A stretch of DNA of 64,000 nt from Fistulifera solaris (taxonomy: Eukaryota), in contig AP026148.1 in assembly GCA_030295235.1 (NCBI GenBank), positions 248,001 to 312,000 of the forward strand, read 5' to 3'. Numbering within the stretch: the stretch's first letter is position 1; each line of letters starts with the position of its first letter. The notes under the pieces were generated by a model. The model was not told the DNA's origin. It made no database searches and saw nothing but the letters and a program-made list of their open reading frames with translations. Of this stretch, positions 11,333 to 25,578 are shown in pieces. The position numbers and the translations under genes were made by a program.

Positions 11333-12643
11333 ATGACCTCCCTATCAAGGAAACAAAACGGATCGCTTCTGCGATGGATATTTCTCTGTATCTTCTGGAA
11401 TTACGGCTTCCATTCCGTTACAGCTTTTACATCACTGCGGTTACCTCAGCTATCAACGACAACTCGAACGATTCGAGATTATTCAACAATCATTGCCAAT
11501 GCTCTACCCAAAATTGAAGATTGGGAAGTTCTAGACAATGGGCGTGTTGTTGGAACTATTTTCGATCACCCGATTCTTCCGAATGGAGATACAATCACAA
11601 CGTCACCCATTACGCGACCCGGATCGGCGGCTCCGCGGAAAACGGTCACGACGATTTCGGGGAGCAAATATCAGTTAGGAACACCCGTCACCGCCAATGC
11701 TGGATTACAGAAAGGGGATGTCAGTTTGGCCGAGTTGCAAAAACGAGCTCGTGTTGCTTTTGATCTGACAGGAGATATAGTCGGCGAAAACGGAAGAAAA
11801 TACTTGCTGGCTGGTAAACCCAGTCAAAGTACTTCTGGTAAATCAATGATTTTCAAAGCATACATGTGCGATGACGATCAACTTCCTACGGGTTCCGCTT
11901 TGACCATCAAAATCTCGAAAAATTGGGAAGCAATTGAACGAGAAGCAGAAAACTACGCCAGAATCACCAAGGCCGGATTTTTGCGAGGTCAATTTGTGGA
12001 ACTTCTGGATTACCTCCCCGATGCCGCCGTCTACTCGAAACGTTTTAAAAATCAATCGGCACTGGTCATGGAACGAGGTGCGATAGACTTGAAACGGTAT
12101 ATATCCGTCAACGGACAGCTCGAAGGGCGACGTCTTCGCGATGCAGCAGCTGCGGCGGCGCAATGCATACAAGCGATTCATTCCTCGAAACTCGTGTGGA
12201 CCGACATGAAGACGGAGAACTTTGTCGTAGATGCTTCGGGTCTCGTCAAGGGTATCGATTTAGAGTCCGCCATGGCAGTCAAAGGCAACCCAGTTGACTA
12301 CAGCCCTGAAGGCACACCGCCCGAGTTCGCTAGTGCCTTTCTAGCGGGTGAAGGACCTGAGTTCATTCTTGAGTACTCGTACGATATTTGGTCGTTTGGT
12401 ATGCTCTTGTATGAAATGGCTGTGGGTCGAGGATACTTTGACGGAAAAAAACCCGTACAAATTATCAAGTCGTTACGAGATGGTCTCGATATTGATTTGT
12501 CGGCCATTGAAGATCCCAAACTAAAATCACTGATTGATCGCTGCCTCACAATTGAACCATCGAAACGTCCGAATATCTACGAAGTATTACTTCATCCGTT
12601 TTTCCTCACTACAGGGCTGGGACCACTCAGCTTTGGGAAGTAG
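11333..12643 (+). CDS. Putatively plastid-targeted atypical Ser/Thr protein kinase
   Basis: Signal peptide ending VTA-FTS. Kinase subdomains TIKIS, VWTDMKTEN, GIDLE, GTPPE, DIWSFG and KRP..HPFF. Confidence 0.85.
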   Translation: MTSLSRKQNGSLLRWIFLCIFWNYGFHSVTAFTSLRLPQLSTTTRTIRDYSTIIANALPKIEDWEVLDNGRVVGTIFDHPILPNGDTITTSPITRPGSAAPRKTVTTISGSKYQLGTPVTANAGLQKGDVSLAELQKRARVAFDLTGDIVGENGRKYLLAGKPSQSTSGKSMIFKAYMCDDDQLPTGSALTIKISKNWEAIEREAENYARITKAGFLRGQFVELLDYLPDAAVYSKRFKNQSALVMERGAIDLKRYISVNGQLEGRRLRDAAAAAAQCIQAIHSSKLVWTDMKTENFVVDASGLVKGIDLESAMAVKGNPVDYSPEGTPPEFASAFLAGEGPEFILEYSYDIWSFGMLLYEMAVGRGYFDGKKPVQIIKSLRDGLDIDLSAIEDPKLKSLIDRCLTIEPSKRPNIYEVLLHPFFLTTGLGPLSFGK

Positions 12644-12774
12644 AAAATAAGTAGCAAAACTAAAGAAGCAAATCAATATCTTCTACCACTACTCAAAAGA
12701 TGATGTTCTAATTCCCTCGTAAGCAAGCCCTTTCACGTTATCTAGCTGAGTCATTCGTTTAATAGCAAGAAATT

Positions 12775-13796
12775 TTACGCCAAATCTAAAATTGAAACAT
12801 TCGAGTAAAACCTGTTTTGCTTTTTTTGTACAAAAGCACCGCCATGACGAAAAACAGCTCCCCCACGGCCAAAGAAACCACGTCCAGTGACCGGTTCCGC
12901 TACCTCGCCCGCGTTGGACGCGGTTACCTTGTAACCGTATTCTTTAGCCACATGAAAGTCTGCCGCGTTTTCTTCACTTTGCTTCTTCACCCAGCTGGTC
13001 GCCGATTTGAGTGCAGCTTTCGACAAGTAGTTCAAAACGGGCCCGGGCACACTTCCCTTGAGTGAGATATCACACGCATAGAACACCCGCGTTTTCAGTC
13101 CACCGTCACGTTCCTCTAAATGCCAGTGGCCGGAAACATCATCCATGTCCGATGTTTTCTCGTAATCGAGTGTCCAAGTCATGCTATCTTGGTGCGGATA
13201 AAATGTATGATCATAATAGGATTCGTACTGCATGGTCGATGATATTTATTTCGTCTCCATAGTGAGCGTTCTATACTTGAAACCAGCGAGAACAACAAAA
13301 TACACAGTCTTCTACGTACCGAATATCCTGGAATCACACCAAGAACCATCTTTGTTTTGATCTTCTTTGCGTTCTCATCACTCTTGTCGACATGATAATT
13401 GCTACTGTGGATGACTTTGCCCACCTTTTTCGTACTGAAAGCGGAAAAGAATATTAAGTTACATGCGACATTGTTACAAACGTACACAAAGACGACTATG
13501 AAATGCACTTACTACATTCCCAAATCCAGAATTTGATTCCAAACCGCTGCCTTGGGTGCATTTATATCTTGCACACAAATCGCGCCTCCGGAGTTGCCAT
13601 CGCCTTGACTTTGTTTCATGACAGGTTTTCCCTGTGCCAGCTCTGCCTCATCTTTTGAAGTTAACTCAAGATTCGGAAACGGCCCAGGTGAATAAGGAGT
13701 CAATTTGCCCGTGTGATCGTGCGGTTGATTTCGATCGATCTTGGCTTCGCATATCGTCGCGACGAAAGCGATTAGAGCAAGGGGAAACAGTTTCAT
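12775..13796 (-). CDS. Secreted START/polyketide-cyclase-fold (SRPBCC) protein, 3 exons
   Basis: Signal peptide; VQDINAPKAAVWNQILD, MTWTLD, GHWHLE and TRVFY. Introns 13512-13435 and 13319-13228 give a continuous frame. Confidence 0.8.
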
Positions 13797-14447
13797 CGAA
13801 CGGATCAGGATGTAAAGATATTTTCAAGCGCTTCAAATGACAGTTGTTGGCAGGTAGATAGTCTAATTAAGGTCTCCTTTCCATAAATCTGTTATCGGTT
13901 TGTGAGAAATGATTTGATTGTCGTCGATGATTTTTTTGATGACATCCATCGTCGTCTGTCGTCTATCGCGATGATTCTTTCGGGGATCACGAACTACGTC
14001 TCGTAACTCGTGACCTAGGGAATAAAGTATTAGACCTTAAGGTTCGTGTTATAGGACATAGGTAGTCATGTGTAGGCAGGAGAGTCATGAGTCATGAGAG
14101 GGGGCAACAGGCAACAGGCAACAGGCAACCTTACCAGTTACCAGATATGCCTTTGTGACTTGTGACTTCTGACTAATGACCAGATTTCTTGATTTCTTTT
14201 ACAAGCCAATTGCCAATAATCAGGGAAGGACGTTAAAATTCTGCCAGAGAGCGAAAGAGGAGTTGCAGATTGACTGGAGTCTGCAGGTGCAGACACCATA
14301 CGCACATTCTAACGTTGCCCTATAAGAAAGTTTCCAAGTATACATGCTGATGGTGCGATGTCGTAATGGAATTTATGCAAGCAAAAGTGCTCGTTCCTCG
14401 TTGCTTGAAAGTGTACCAACGATTGGCGCAACCCAATAATACGGGTG

Positions 14448-16187
14448 TCACTGGCGCAACCATTCAGCCATCAAGGCGGGTAATATAGCCGCATCCAGTC
14501 CTGCGTATTCCATCTGGGCGTCCGAGAGTGGACGATCTGACCAACTCGAACACTGTTCTTTCTTGGAAAGCTCACACTTCGAGTACAGTTGCACAATCCT
14601 CGCCAGTCCTTTCAATTGATCACCACCGTGCAGCATTTGAATATCTAGACACGTATTCCGCGGAAGCTCCGTACCCAACCACAACTCAAGTTTCGGCAGA
14701 TCATTGCCCATCGCAAACCCGAGAATCAGACGGGATGGATCAAACAATATATGTTGCACCAAGTCTTTGCTTCTTTGCTGAAATTCCAGCGACTCTTTTA
14801 AGAGATCGAGCACCCACGGCCGTTCGTGTCCAGGGATAGCGATCTGCAATGTCGCTACGTGGATCGTTCCATCTGACCGGTTGTACCACTCCGTGTCTAT
14901 TGCCGTTAAACGGCAGTGCAACAAAACTTCTTCGAGCAGTAACAACTCTTCTGAAAGCGTGTCGACCCAATACGGCGGTTCCGGTAGATGCAGTACACCG
15001 TCATCTATTCCAGGTGTCGACAGTTGAAAGCGAGCAATAGATTCGTTCGCTAGAATCACATCCAATTCTTCTCGACGGTCCAGGATCAGTGCCTGCAACG
15101 CCTGTGAATGATGAGAGCTGTCTTTTGAAGAAGTTGTCACTTCCAAAACGGACTCGTTTCTCCGTGTACCGAGCATTTCGGCAACCAGTTTTGTCAATAG
15201 AGCCCGCTCTCTCTTGCTGACATTACCGCGGACCGACAAGGATGTGAGATATTCTGCGATGCGAGTAAAAGCCGTACCGACCGTTTGCAGACGCTGCGCT
15301 GCTTCGGGAATCCAAGAGCCTTTTTGCTTGTCGGAGAGCTGCAAAATCATCATAATATCTTGTTGCAACATCTCCAAAGCTGAAGCATCATCATTCTTGA
15401 AAAGAATATCAATCCGCTTTAGAGTCTCCAGTACACGTGTCCAAGTATCACTCACTTGATTTGCTTCTTCGGCTGACAAGGCATTGGAGGGTGGCTTGCG
15501 TCTCGGTTTTCTGTTGTTTGTAGTCGTCTTGGGCTTCACCACGAGATGCGGATTCTTGCGGAGAAAACTCCCTTGCCGTGACTGTTTCGTCGTCGGATTC
15601 ACAGCATGTTCTGTTACAATATCGTTTTCTCGCAACGGTCGTTCAAGAAAGCGAGGGTCCAGATCACCATATTCCAACGAATCGGAATGCGTTTTGCGAT
15701 AATTGGTCCACTGTCCTTGGAGTTGTTCGTAATGACAAATGCGCTCGATCACGTGCGGCAACAAATGCGATGAGGCAATTGATCGGACCGATTGTCCTTT
15801 ATTGTTGACGATCGTGACACAAGCTCCTTGTTCGAGTAAATAGAGAACAACATCATTCCGACATTTCGTAGCGGCAAAAAATATGGGTGTTTTGCCGTAA
15901 CTGAATTCTGCCGCCGAAATGCTATTGACATTGCAGCCAACGTGTTCTACTAAGTGAATGACATTCTCGATGCATCCTTGCCAAGCGGCCATGTGAAGAG
16001 GATTCTTGCCCGGTAAATTGTCCAGATCCGCGGCCGTCCATCCTTCTAATGCTTGCTGCAGCGTTTCGAGGGATTGCGAGCCGGCGGCGCGTCCTAATTT
16101 GGAAGCATTGCAGCGTTGTTGGTCGACAGACAAGGACGAGGAAGTATGGAATGATAGTGCCGTCATGATGAAGATAGAGAGTTGCAT
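14448..16187 (-). CDS. Ankyrin-repeat + DEDDy 3'-5' exonuclease (WRN/EXD/mut-7-like) fusion
   Basis: NPLHMAAWQG and TPIFFAA ankyrin repeats. AIDTEW (ExoI), GFAMGND (ExoII) and WSDRPLSDAQMEYAGLDA (ExoIII). Confidence 0.88.
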   Translation of the reverse strand: MQLSIFIMTALSFHTSSSLSVDQQRCNASKLGRAAGSQSLETLQQALEGWTAADLDNLPGKNPLHMAAWQGCIENVIHLVEHVGCNVNSISAAEFSYGKTPIFFAATKCRNDVVLYLLEQGACVTIVNNKGQSVRSIASSHLLPHVIERICHYEQLQGQWTNYRKTHSDSLEYGDLDPRFLERPLRENDIVTEHAVNPTTKQSRQGSFLRKNPHLVVKPKTTTNNRKPRRKPPSNALSAEEANQVSDTWTRVLETLKRIDILFKNDDASALEMLQQDIMMILQLSDKQKGSWIPEAAQRLQTVGTAFTRIAEYLTSLSVRGNVSKRERALLTKLVAEMLGTRRNESVLEVTTSSKDSSHHSQALQALILDRREELDVILANESIARFQLSTPGIDDGVLHLPEPPYWVDTLSEELLLLEEVLLHCRLTAIDTEWYNRSDGTIHVATLQIAIPGHERPWVLDLLKESLEFQQRSKDLVQHILFDPSRLILGFAMGNDLPKLELWLGTELPRNTCLDIQMLHGGDQLKGLARIVQLYSKCELSKKEQCSSWSDRPLSDAQMEYAGLDAAILPALMAEWLRQ

Positions 16188-17123
16188 GAAGTTATTGGCA
16201 TCTTCCTTTCAAAGTTGTCTTAAAATAATAATAATGCAAACGCCACAAACGCAGCGAACAGGACGCCATTCTGCAATAAGGTTTAAGATAACAATCGGGA
16301 ATCCTGACCCCGTCGTTCTTTACCCGGTTCGTATCCAATCATTATCGACTTTGCTGCTTCTGCCATGTTCAAATGCAAATGTTGCTTTGTTCGGTGGTGC
16401 CATTATTGGTGATGAAGTTGGACAAACCAACCTTAGATTTCCTACTTAAAAGGGCTCGAAGAATACTATCCCTCATAGCTCATAGTGCAGCTTGTGGTAA
16501 CCTGCATTCAAAGACTTGGAGCTTGGGCATGTTTTTAAATATAAGTGTCAAAAAGCAGGTCTCGATTACAACAATTTCTATACGAAGGGATGTCGCTATC
16601 AATAGTGAATTGGGATTTCGTTCGGTCACGTTCGATGCCGTCCTAAGCAAGAATCGAAGATATACTATAGCGTACATTGTAGGATACTTTTTCCTGTGAC
16701 TGAACTGAAAATCAGTCCCGGGCCTAGACCACTGCATCATTCAACATCTTTTCGCTTGGGCCCTAACTTTTCCATTGGTAAAAGCACGTGAAGATAAATA
16801 TCGCGATTATGGAAGTAAGGATATTAAATAGATTTCCATTTTCATTGCCAAGGCTTATTTTAGAGGGTCGAACTTTGTAGCGTACAGCGTAGAGTTGACA
16901 TGACTCAACTGGTTCTGTCCCGCACTGTTAGATTTTGGGGGCGGGACGGTTGATGATTTATTATGATTTTCGTTGTTCCTTCCTATTAATATGAGTCTAT
17001 TATTTCCTCATTTTTTAGGTGAAAACATTATTAATTCTTAACATAGTGGCCTATTATAAAGTCAATTTGGTCGTAGAAAGTCTGTCTATGGTTCTCTGCT
17101 CGACACTTTCGGCAATATCAAGC

Positions 17124-19878
17124 ATGACGACCGAAACAGCGCGTTTACCGCTCCATCTGCAACCCAGGCACTACGATTTACAATACCATGCGATTGATTT
17201 GGTGCACCATACGTTCACGGGACGCGTAACGATACACGGGAAAGCACTACGAACCATCCCAGAACGTGTTTCGATTCTCTTGCATGCCTTGGAATTGCAA
17301 TTGACCAAGGCTACGTTAGTTCGAAAGGAAGATCCTTCTGTTGCATGGCAGGCGGAAGAATTTCGGTGCAATGTGCGACAACAAACGTGTGAAATCGTGT
17401 TTTCGGCATCGCTTACGGCACACGAAGACTACGAATTACTGATCGACTTTCACGGGGTGCTCAATGACAAAATGCACGGATTTTATCGTTCTTCTTATAC
17501 CGCACTCGATGGAAGCACCATTACGATGGCCACAACGCAATTCGAAGCGACAGATGCCCGTCGTGCGTTTCCTTGCTTCGATGAACCAGCCATTAAGGCA
17601 ACCTTTCAATTGACTGTCACAATCCCGGCACATCTCCAGTGTATATCCAATACACCCATGGCCGCAACCTCTACGAATTATAATGGCCTGTCGAAACTTC
17701 TTTACAAAACTATTCAATTTCAAATAACACCACTCATGTCGACATATCTATTGGCTTGGGTCATAGGACGATTCGATGGTGTGTCGACGACATCTCGTCA
17801 TATCGTTACAACCGTCTACACGGTCGAAGGAAAAGCCACACAAGGACAATTTTGTTTGCAAGTTGCATCGAAATGCCTCGATTATTACCAAGATCTCTTC
17901 CAGATTTCGTATCCACTTACGAAAAGTGACTTGTTGGCCATTCCGGATTTCGCTGCCGGGGCCATGGAGAATTGGGGTTGTGTCACTTATCGAGAAGCCA
18001 AGATATTGGTCGATCCGATTCAAACGTCGGAAAGTACCAAACGAGCCATTGCGCGGACCGTTTGTCACGAATTGGCACATCAATGGTTTGGAAATCTCGT
18101 CACGATGGATTGGTGGACGCAGTTGTATCTCAAAGAAGGTGTAGCACGATTTATGGAGTTTGTAGCGCTGGAGCATTTGTTTCCCGAATGGTTGGTCTGG
18201 GTAGAATTTGTACAAGGTGTCATGGGACTGGCCTTGTCGTTGGATTCTATGAAATCCAGTCATCCGGTGGAAGTTCCTGTCAACCACCCCGACGAGATTA
18301 CGGAAATCTTTGATGCCATTTCGTACGCCAAGGGGGCTTCCATTATTCGCATGATTTCGTCGTATATTGGGATGGAGGTTTTCATGAAAGGGATGCGTCT
18401 GTATTTACAGCGACATGCGTACGGAAATGCAGTCACGGCAGATCTCTGGCGGGCCATGGAAGAGGTGTCGGACGTTCCCGTGTCGGATTTTATGATGCCA
18501 TGGACCGCTGAAGTGGGATTTCCTCTAGTACAGATAGCAGAGGATGGATCCATTCAAACTTGTCGATTCATGGGAGGTGGGCCAGAAATGCTTAAAGAAG
18601 GTGAAGCCTCACAATGGCCCATTCCTGTCACCGCGCGCGTGGAAGGTATGGACGAAATGCAAGGACCTTGGGTACTACACGGACCGGACGGAGATGATTC
18701 TATGGAACTATCGCAGCAGATCAATCAATGGGACAGTGCTGGAAAATGGTTCAAACTCAATGTGGATCAAACGGGATTCTTTCGCGTCGCGTATTCACGT
18801 CAGCAATGGGAACGCTTGGCGAAGGTCATGGATCCGCAGACTAGTCCGTTATCCACTACCGATCGGCTTGGTTTGTTATCAGATTGCTTCGCGGCTGGTA
18901 AAGCGGGGTATTTCGCAATCGTGGATGCGCTGACGCTCGTGACCAAGTTTGGGGAGCACGAAATGGCAGGTAAGAAAGTCAGTTTCGAAACCGCTTGGAC
19001 GTTTGTTCTGAGAGATTAGCTCAGTTTGCCTTTTTGGAAGAATACGCGGTGTGGCAAGAACTTTCCGAAAACATGGTATCCCTGATTTCGATTTATCGAT
19101 CGGAAGGATTCTTTCCAAAATTTCAAAAGTTTATAGCCCGTCTTTGCAGTCGACAGTTGGAAAGTCTGGGATGGGACAGCGAGCCTGGTGAGAATGCGAG
19201 AACCGGGACACTTCGTGCTAGAGTCATTGGTTTAATGGGACTTTCTGGAGACACGGGTGTAATGAAGAAAGCTTATGAAGTGTTCAGTGCCTATACAAGT
19301 GATCCGAAAGGATCACCGATTCCAGGTGACTTACAAGGAGCTATCTTTCGTTGTGCTCTTCGATATGAGGAAAAGACAGTATTCGATGGACTGCGGAAGA
19401 TTTATGAAGGGCCTGGCGCGTCACCTGAGGAAAAGAGGGAGTGCCTAATGGTGATGGGTAAGGTGAAAGACACGGAATTGCGTCAAAAGATGATGGATTA
19501 CGTTTTCTGGTCGGGCTTTGTCCGACTACAAGACATTACTTTCGCGTTATCATCTTTGGCAACGTCGGATGATGATGGAGGCGTAGCCGTGTGGAATTTC
19601 TTCCAATTAAATTATGCCGAGTTGTCAACAAAAATAGGAATGGGATCAAATACTTGGTCGGCTTGCGTCGGATTATCCGTCAGTGGCCTTACGACGATCG
19701 AGGCAGCAAATGAGGTAGAAGCATTTTTGAAAAACACCCAGCTGGGTCTGCTACTCGTCGTCTTGAACAAGGCTTGGAGGTAGTACGAAGCAAGATTATG
19801 AGGCGAGAACGAGATCGCGAAGCGCTACGATTTTCCTGGACAACCTCTTTCCCGACACGTAAAGCTTTGTCTGTGTAG
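17124..19878 (+). CDS. M1 family (puromycin-sensitive-like) aminopeptidase
   Basis: TQFEATDARRAFPCFDEP, GAMEN, HELAH-x18-E and YAKG. Intron about 18970-19040; indel near 19730; stop position approximate. Confidence 0.93.
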
Positions 19879-20016
19879 GGTCTCATAACGCAATCACTAA
19901 AGACGATGCGTTTGAAAATTACAATGTTATTGCACTTCTATAGATTAACACATTCATGCAAGGGGATCATTTGTTGATGCTCGGCTAGCGTGAAGGTTTG
20001 GCTCTCCCTTAGTGTG

Positions 20017-22067
<2,051 letters not shown>

Positions 22068-22724
22068 TCTTCTACTGAATTTTTGGAAAAGTAGTTAGTA
22101 GTTTGTCAATGAGTTTGTATTATAGTAAAGAAATGCAAGCATAAAAAGAATACTCCGTAATTAAAGCCATCCCTTTTCCATCGTTGTTAGCGTTTTGGCG
22201 GGTGGATGATGTTGCGGTTGTGGGTCCGTCGTACATGTTCTGCTAGAGTCAAAAATCACCCGCATTATCGATTATGATTGGCTAAAATCAGTACCGGTCT
22301 CCAGCCAATCAACACGCAACGAAACATGGGGAACTGTCTTGTGTTCGCTAGTTGCTCTAAAGTATACAGTCATCCTGTCCATCAGTACCGGTCAGACGGA
22401 CATAACAGATGGTGCATCCGTTTCCTCTGTTTCACTTTCACCCCATCGCGCCGCGCATTCTTTGCCGAAGACACCTCTTAGTAAAGTCTCAAACAAAAGC
22501 TCTTGCTCTTCCATGTTGATTGATACTATGATGAACAGTTAAAAAAAGCATTACTATTTCCAGCAAGCAAGGCAGCGACGGATTGCGACAGCCGAAAGAT
22601 TGGGATCAACTGATTGAAACAGTCTCTTAAACGTCACGACGAGCAACAACAACAGCCATCCGATCCGCTTCGTATATCTTCCGCTTGACGAATATTCTTT
22701 CCAACAAACGATCTTTTTCAAATT

Positions 22725-24644
22725 ATGAGTTTTGTTTTGTCCATTTCGGAAATACCCATTCCGGGTTCCTTCGTCGTATTCCAAGGCATGCCCGGTGATG
22801 GGTTGGTCAATACAATCGACTCGTTGCCCGAATTGGTCATTGAAGAAGATGATGAGGAAACGGGGAATACCAGTCAAGTGATGAATCATCACATGAATAG
22901 TAGTACTAGCGTTCCACTGAATCTCATTGGGACGGCTATGCGATCACAAGGACGATTGTTTTCGACCATGACGATTCCGGTGAGCGAACCCAAAAAGCTA
23001 TCGCAGGAAGAGTCCTTGCAAGGTTTTATTGTGGTCAACGAAGACGAACATCCCGTGACAACCCCAGTGTCTTCCACAGTATCAAACAGACTATCTACAC
23101 GACAAGAAGAAGCCATTGATCGGTGGAAGGATGACTGTTGGAAGCAACAGTGCACGCAATTTCGAGATTGGCAAGAGACCTGTCACGCCAATCAACGGGC
23201 GGCTTCTCCACAGAATCGTTTGCACGAAGAAATTCAATCGCACAGTTCACAGTCATCCTCTTCTTCGTCCAGTTCACATGTACCGAACGCGTGGTGGCTG
23301 TCGCAACGCGGCTTTCTCGCAGTACTGGAGGAATTGCCACAGCCGTACCATATTCCCAAAGTCATCGATCTGTTGGCACCGGGCATGACGGTCGTTGCCA
23401 CGGAACTCATCACATTGGACAGTCAGGACTTGTCACCCGTTCCCGTATTTCCCCGCGAAGAAGCGGACGGTATTATGATCTATCCACCGGCACGCACTGG
23501 TGTTTTGCAAGTATTACGAATTGAATGGAACGATCATCCTTCGAAACAAGGCTACGTGATGTTGAGTCGGAATGGGTATCCGTTTTTGGGACCCGGATTG
23601 CCGGCGGTGTATACCGACCCATCGCATTGGGTATGGCGTGTCACGTGTCCCGATGGGGCCTATGTACGGGCGGGGATGGATTTGAGTTCGACACACCTGG
23701 GTACGGTCCCGTATGGCTCTTTATTGATGGTAAGACGGAAGTTAGTGAATGGAATGGGACTTTCCCGTCTACAAGTGTGTGCGGCGTTATCGAAAAAGTT
23801 GGGGAATCAGATTTTAGTAGAGACGATCGATGGCTGGTGCAGCGAATTTTTGAATCCACTTTCGGGACAGCGAGGCAGCATCCTTCAGCCGTTGCCGTTC
23901 CCTCTGCCGGCATTGTATCGAATTGATCTGCGACCCTCGGCGACGATCCGTAGTGGGATCGAATTGTCGAGTCCCGAGATTGGTTTTGCCTCCTATGGGG
24001 CGCTGGTGAGGGTTACGGGTCGAGCTTTTTCGGAGCATCCGGCGGAGAAATGCATTGAACGGTTACGGCTGGCTGGGAATGGAGGGTGGATCAGTCTGCG
24101 ATTGAACAAACACCCACCGAACGATTCGCTGATAGCAGTTCACGAAGGTCTGGACCCATCGTTCGATCCCGACCAGCCTGCACTATTTCATGTCGAAGAA
24201 ATGCGCAAAGTTCGAAGGAATCAAGATCCGGCTTTATTGACGAATGGTGCTTTCGTTTCCTCTACCATTCCCATGATTGCTTCAGTCGATGACGAAGAAA
24301 TTTCCGCGGCTTCTTTGACATCTTCTTCGGATTCTACTATTGATGAAGGAAATGGAACGAACAGGACGGCAAAAAGCAAGACTGGCTGCACGTACACAAA
24401 GTCAATAGCGCTTGGTCCCTCCGTACGACTTGCCAAGCAGACGGAGAGTTCAACTCCTGTACAAAGAAAAGACGAATTTTGTGTGATCTGTCTGACTGAA
24501 GATCGCAACGCGACCATGGTTCACGGCAGTACAGGACATATTGCTTGCTGTCTCATGTGCGCCCGTATTTTGAAGGCGCGGAGAGATCCCTGTCCAGTCT
24601 GTCGCCTTCCTATCGATCTGGTGATTCAGCATTTTTACGCGTGA
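22725..24644 (+). CDS. RING E3 ubiquitin ligase with C-terminal MDM2-like RING
   Basis: CVIC-x10-H-x4-H-x3-CLMC...CPVC at the C-terminus. Two internal repeats (RV/RI...A.(V/I)R.G..LSS..G..YG). Confidence 0.8.
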   Translation: MSFVLSISEIPIPGSFVVFQGMPGDGLVNTIDSLPELVIEEDDEETGNTSQVMNHHMNSSTSVPLNLIGTAMRSQGRLFSTMTIPVSEPKKLSQEESLQGFIVVNEDEHPVTTPVSSTVSNRLSTRQEEAIDRWKDDCWKQQCTQFRDWQETCHANQRAASPQNRLHEEIQSHSSQSSSSSSSSHVPNAWWLSQRGFLAVLEELPQPYHIPKVIDLLAPGMTVVATELITLDSQDLSPVPVFPREEADGIMIYPPARTGVLQVLRIEWNDHPSKQGYVMLSRNGYPFLGPGLPAVYTDPSHWVWRVTCPDGAYVRAGMDLSSTHLGTVPYGSLLMVRRKLVNGMGLSRLQVCAALSKKLGNQILVETIDGWCSEFLNPLSGQRGSILQPLPFPLPALYRIDLRPSATIRSGIELSSPEIGFASYGALVRVTGRAFSEHPAEKCIERLRLAGNGGWISLRLNKHPPNDSLIAVHEGLDPSFDPDQPALFHVEEMRKVRRNQDPALLTNGAFVSSTIPMIASVDDEEISAASLTSSSDSTIDEGNGTNRTAKSKTGCTYTKSIALGPSVRLAKQTESSTPVQRKDEFCVICLTEDRNATMVHGSTGHIACCLMCARILKARRDPCPVCRLPIDLVIQHFYA

Positions 24645-24871
24645 GGAATCTCTCATTTGTGAGCTCTTAATTTATGGAGAGAATCTCGTTGCTATTTCAG
24701 TTACAAAATGCAACCTAGGCTACGATGTTACATACACCTTCAGAGTTAATAATCATTCGTGCTTCTTCTACATACTTTTTTATTTTACATTGTAGCGAAA
24801 GTGCTTCTCTAATTTGCCTTGTTTCTCAACACATACAGTTCATAACAACCAGTGTCGCATCTGTCCACTAC

Positions 24872-25402
24872 TTAGGGTTCCAAACGGCAGGCGGGACTAT
24901 ACCAGCCGTAAATCACTTCATTGTGTTGATCATGAAGACGACATGCTGGATGAGAAACTGTAGGAAGAGCGCGCACACCATTTTGAACGGTAGTCAAACA
25001 GAACCCTACGACCGGATACAACACCACATCTTCTTCTCCCGATTTCGAATGTAGCTCTTCGATGGGATTGACAAACGAAGTCCATCCGTCTTGAACTCCC
25101 TCGGCTTGAGGATGAAGCAACGAACTCGGAGCGGAAAACAAGCGGCCCACGTAGCGACGAGCGGCCGCGATGCCTTACGGACGTGTGTCTTCCGACGGAG
25201 TAGCAATCGTTGGAACATCATCTTCGTCAGTATCCTTTTTGTCGCAATAAGCAGCATTGTATGCCGCAATCAGCTGAGGGCCTTGAGCGGGTCGAAGATT
25301 CAATTGCATCGACGATGAGGTCGAAGGAGTCAAAACGACAAACGCCGCAGCGTTCTCGATGCAAAGGCTTGTTATAAGATAAATCAAAGCAGGTTTTTTC
25401 AT
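24872..25402 (-). CDS. Small putatively plastid-targeted hypothetical protein, frameshift near 25180
   Basis: Signal peptide NAAA-FVV. The second ORF continues with EDVVLYPVVGF and YGWYSPAC. Confidence 0.6.
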
Positions 25403-25578
25403 TCTTTCGTTGGTAGTAGAGTATCAGTATTCAGAGCAAACAAACGCTCCAAAGATTCAATCTTCAATGGCTCATAACAATAAGTGATCATGGGAATGAA
25501 GAAAATTGAATGGTTCATTCATTTCTTTTTGTCGTTCGCCGTTTGTACCGGTATGAGAAAATGTACGTATGTGGCCGT

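Noticed and set aside
16451..16764. Possible PIF/Harbinger MITE (AGGGC...GCCCT ends)
   Set aside because: Terminal match is only about 5 bp and there is no clean TSD.
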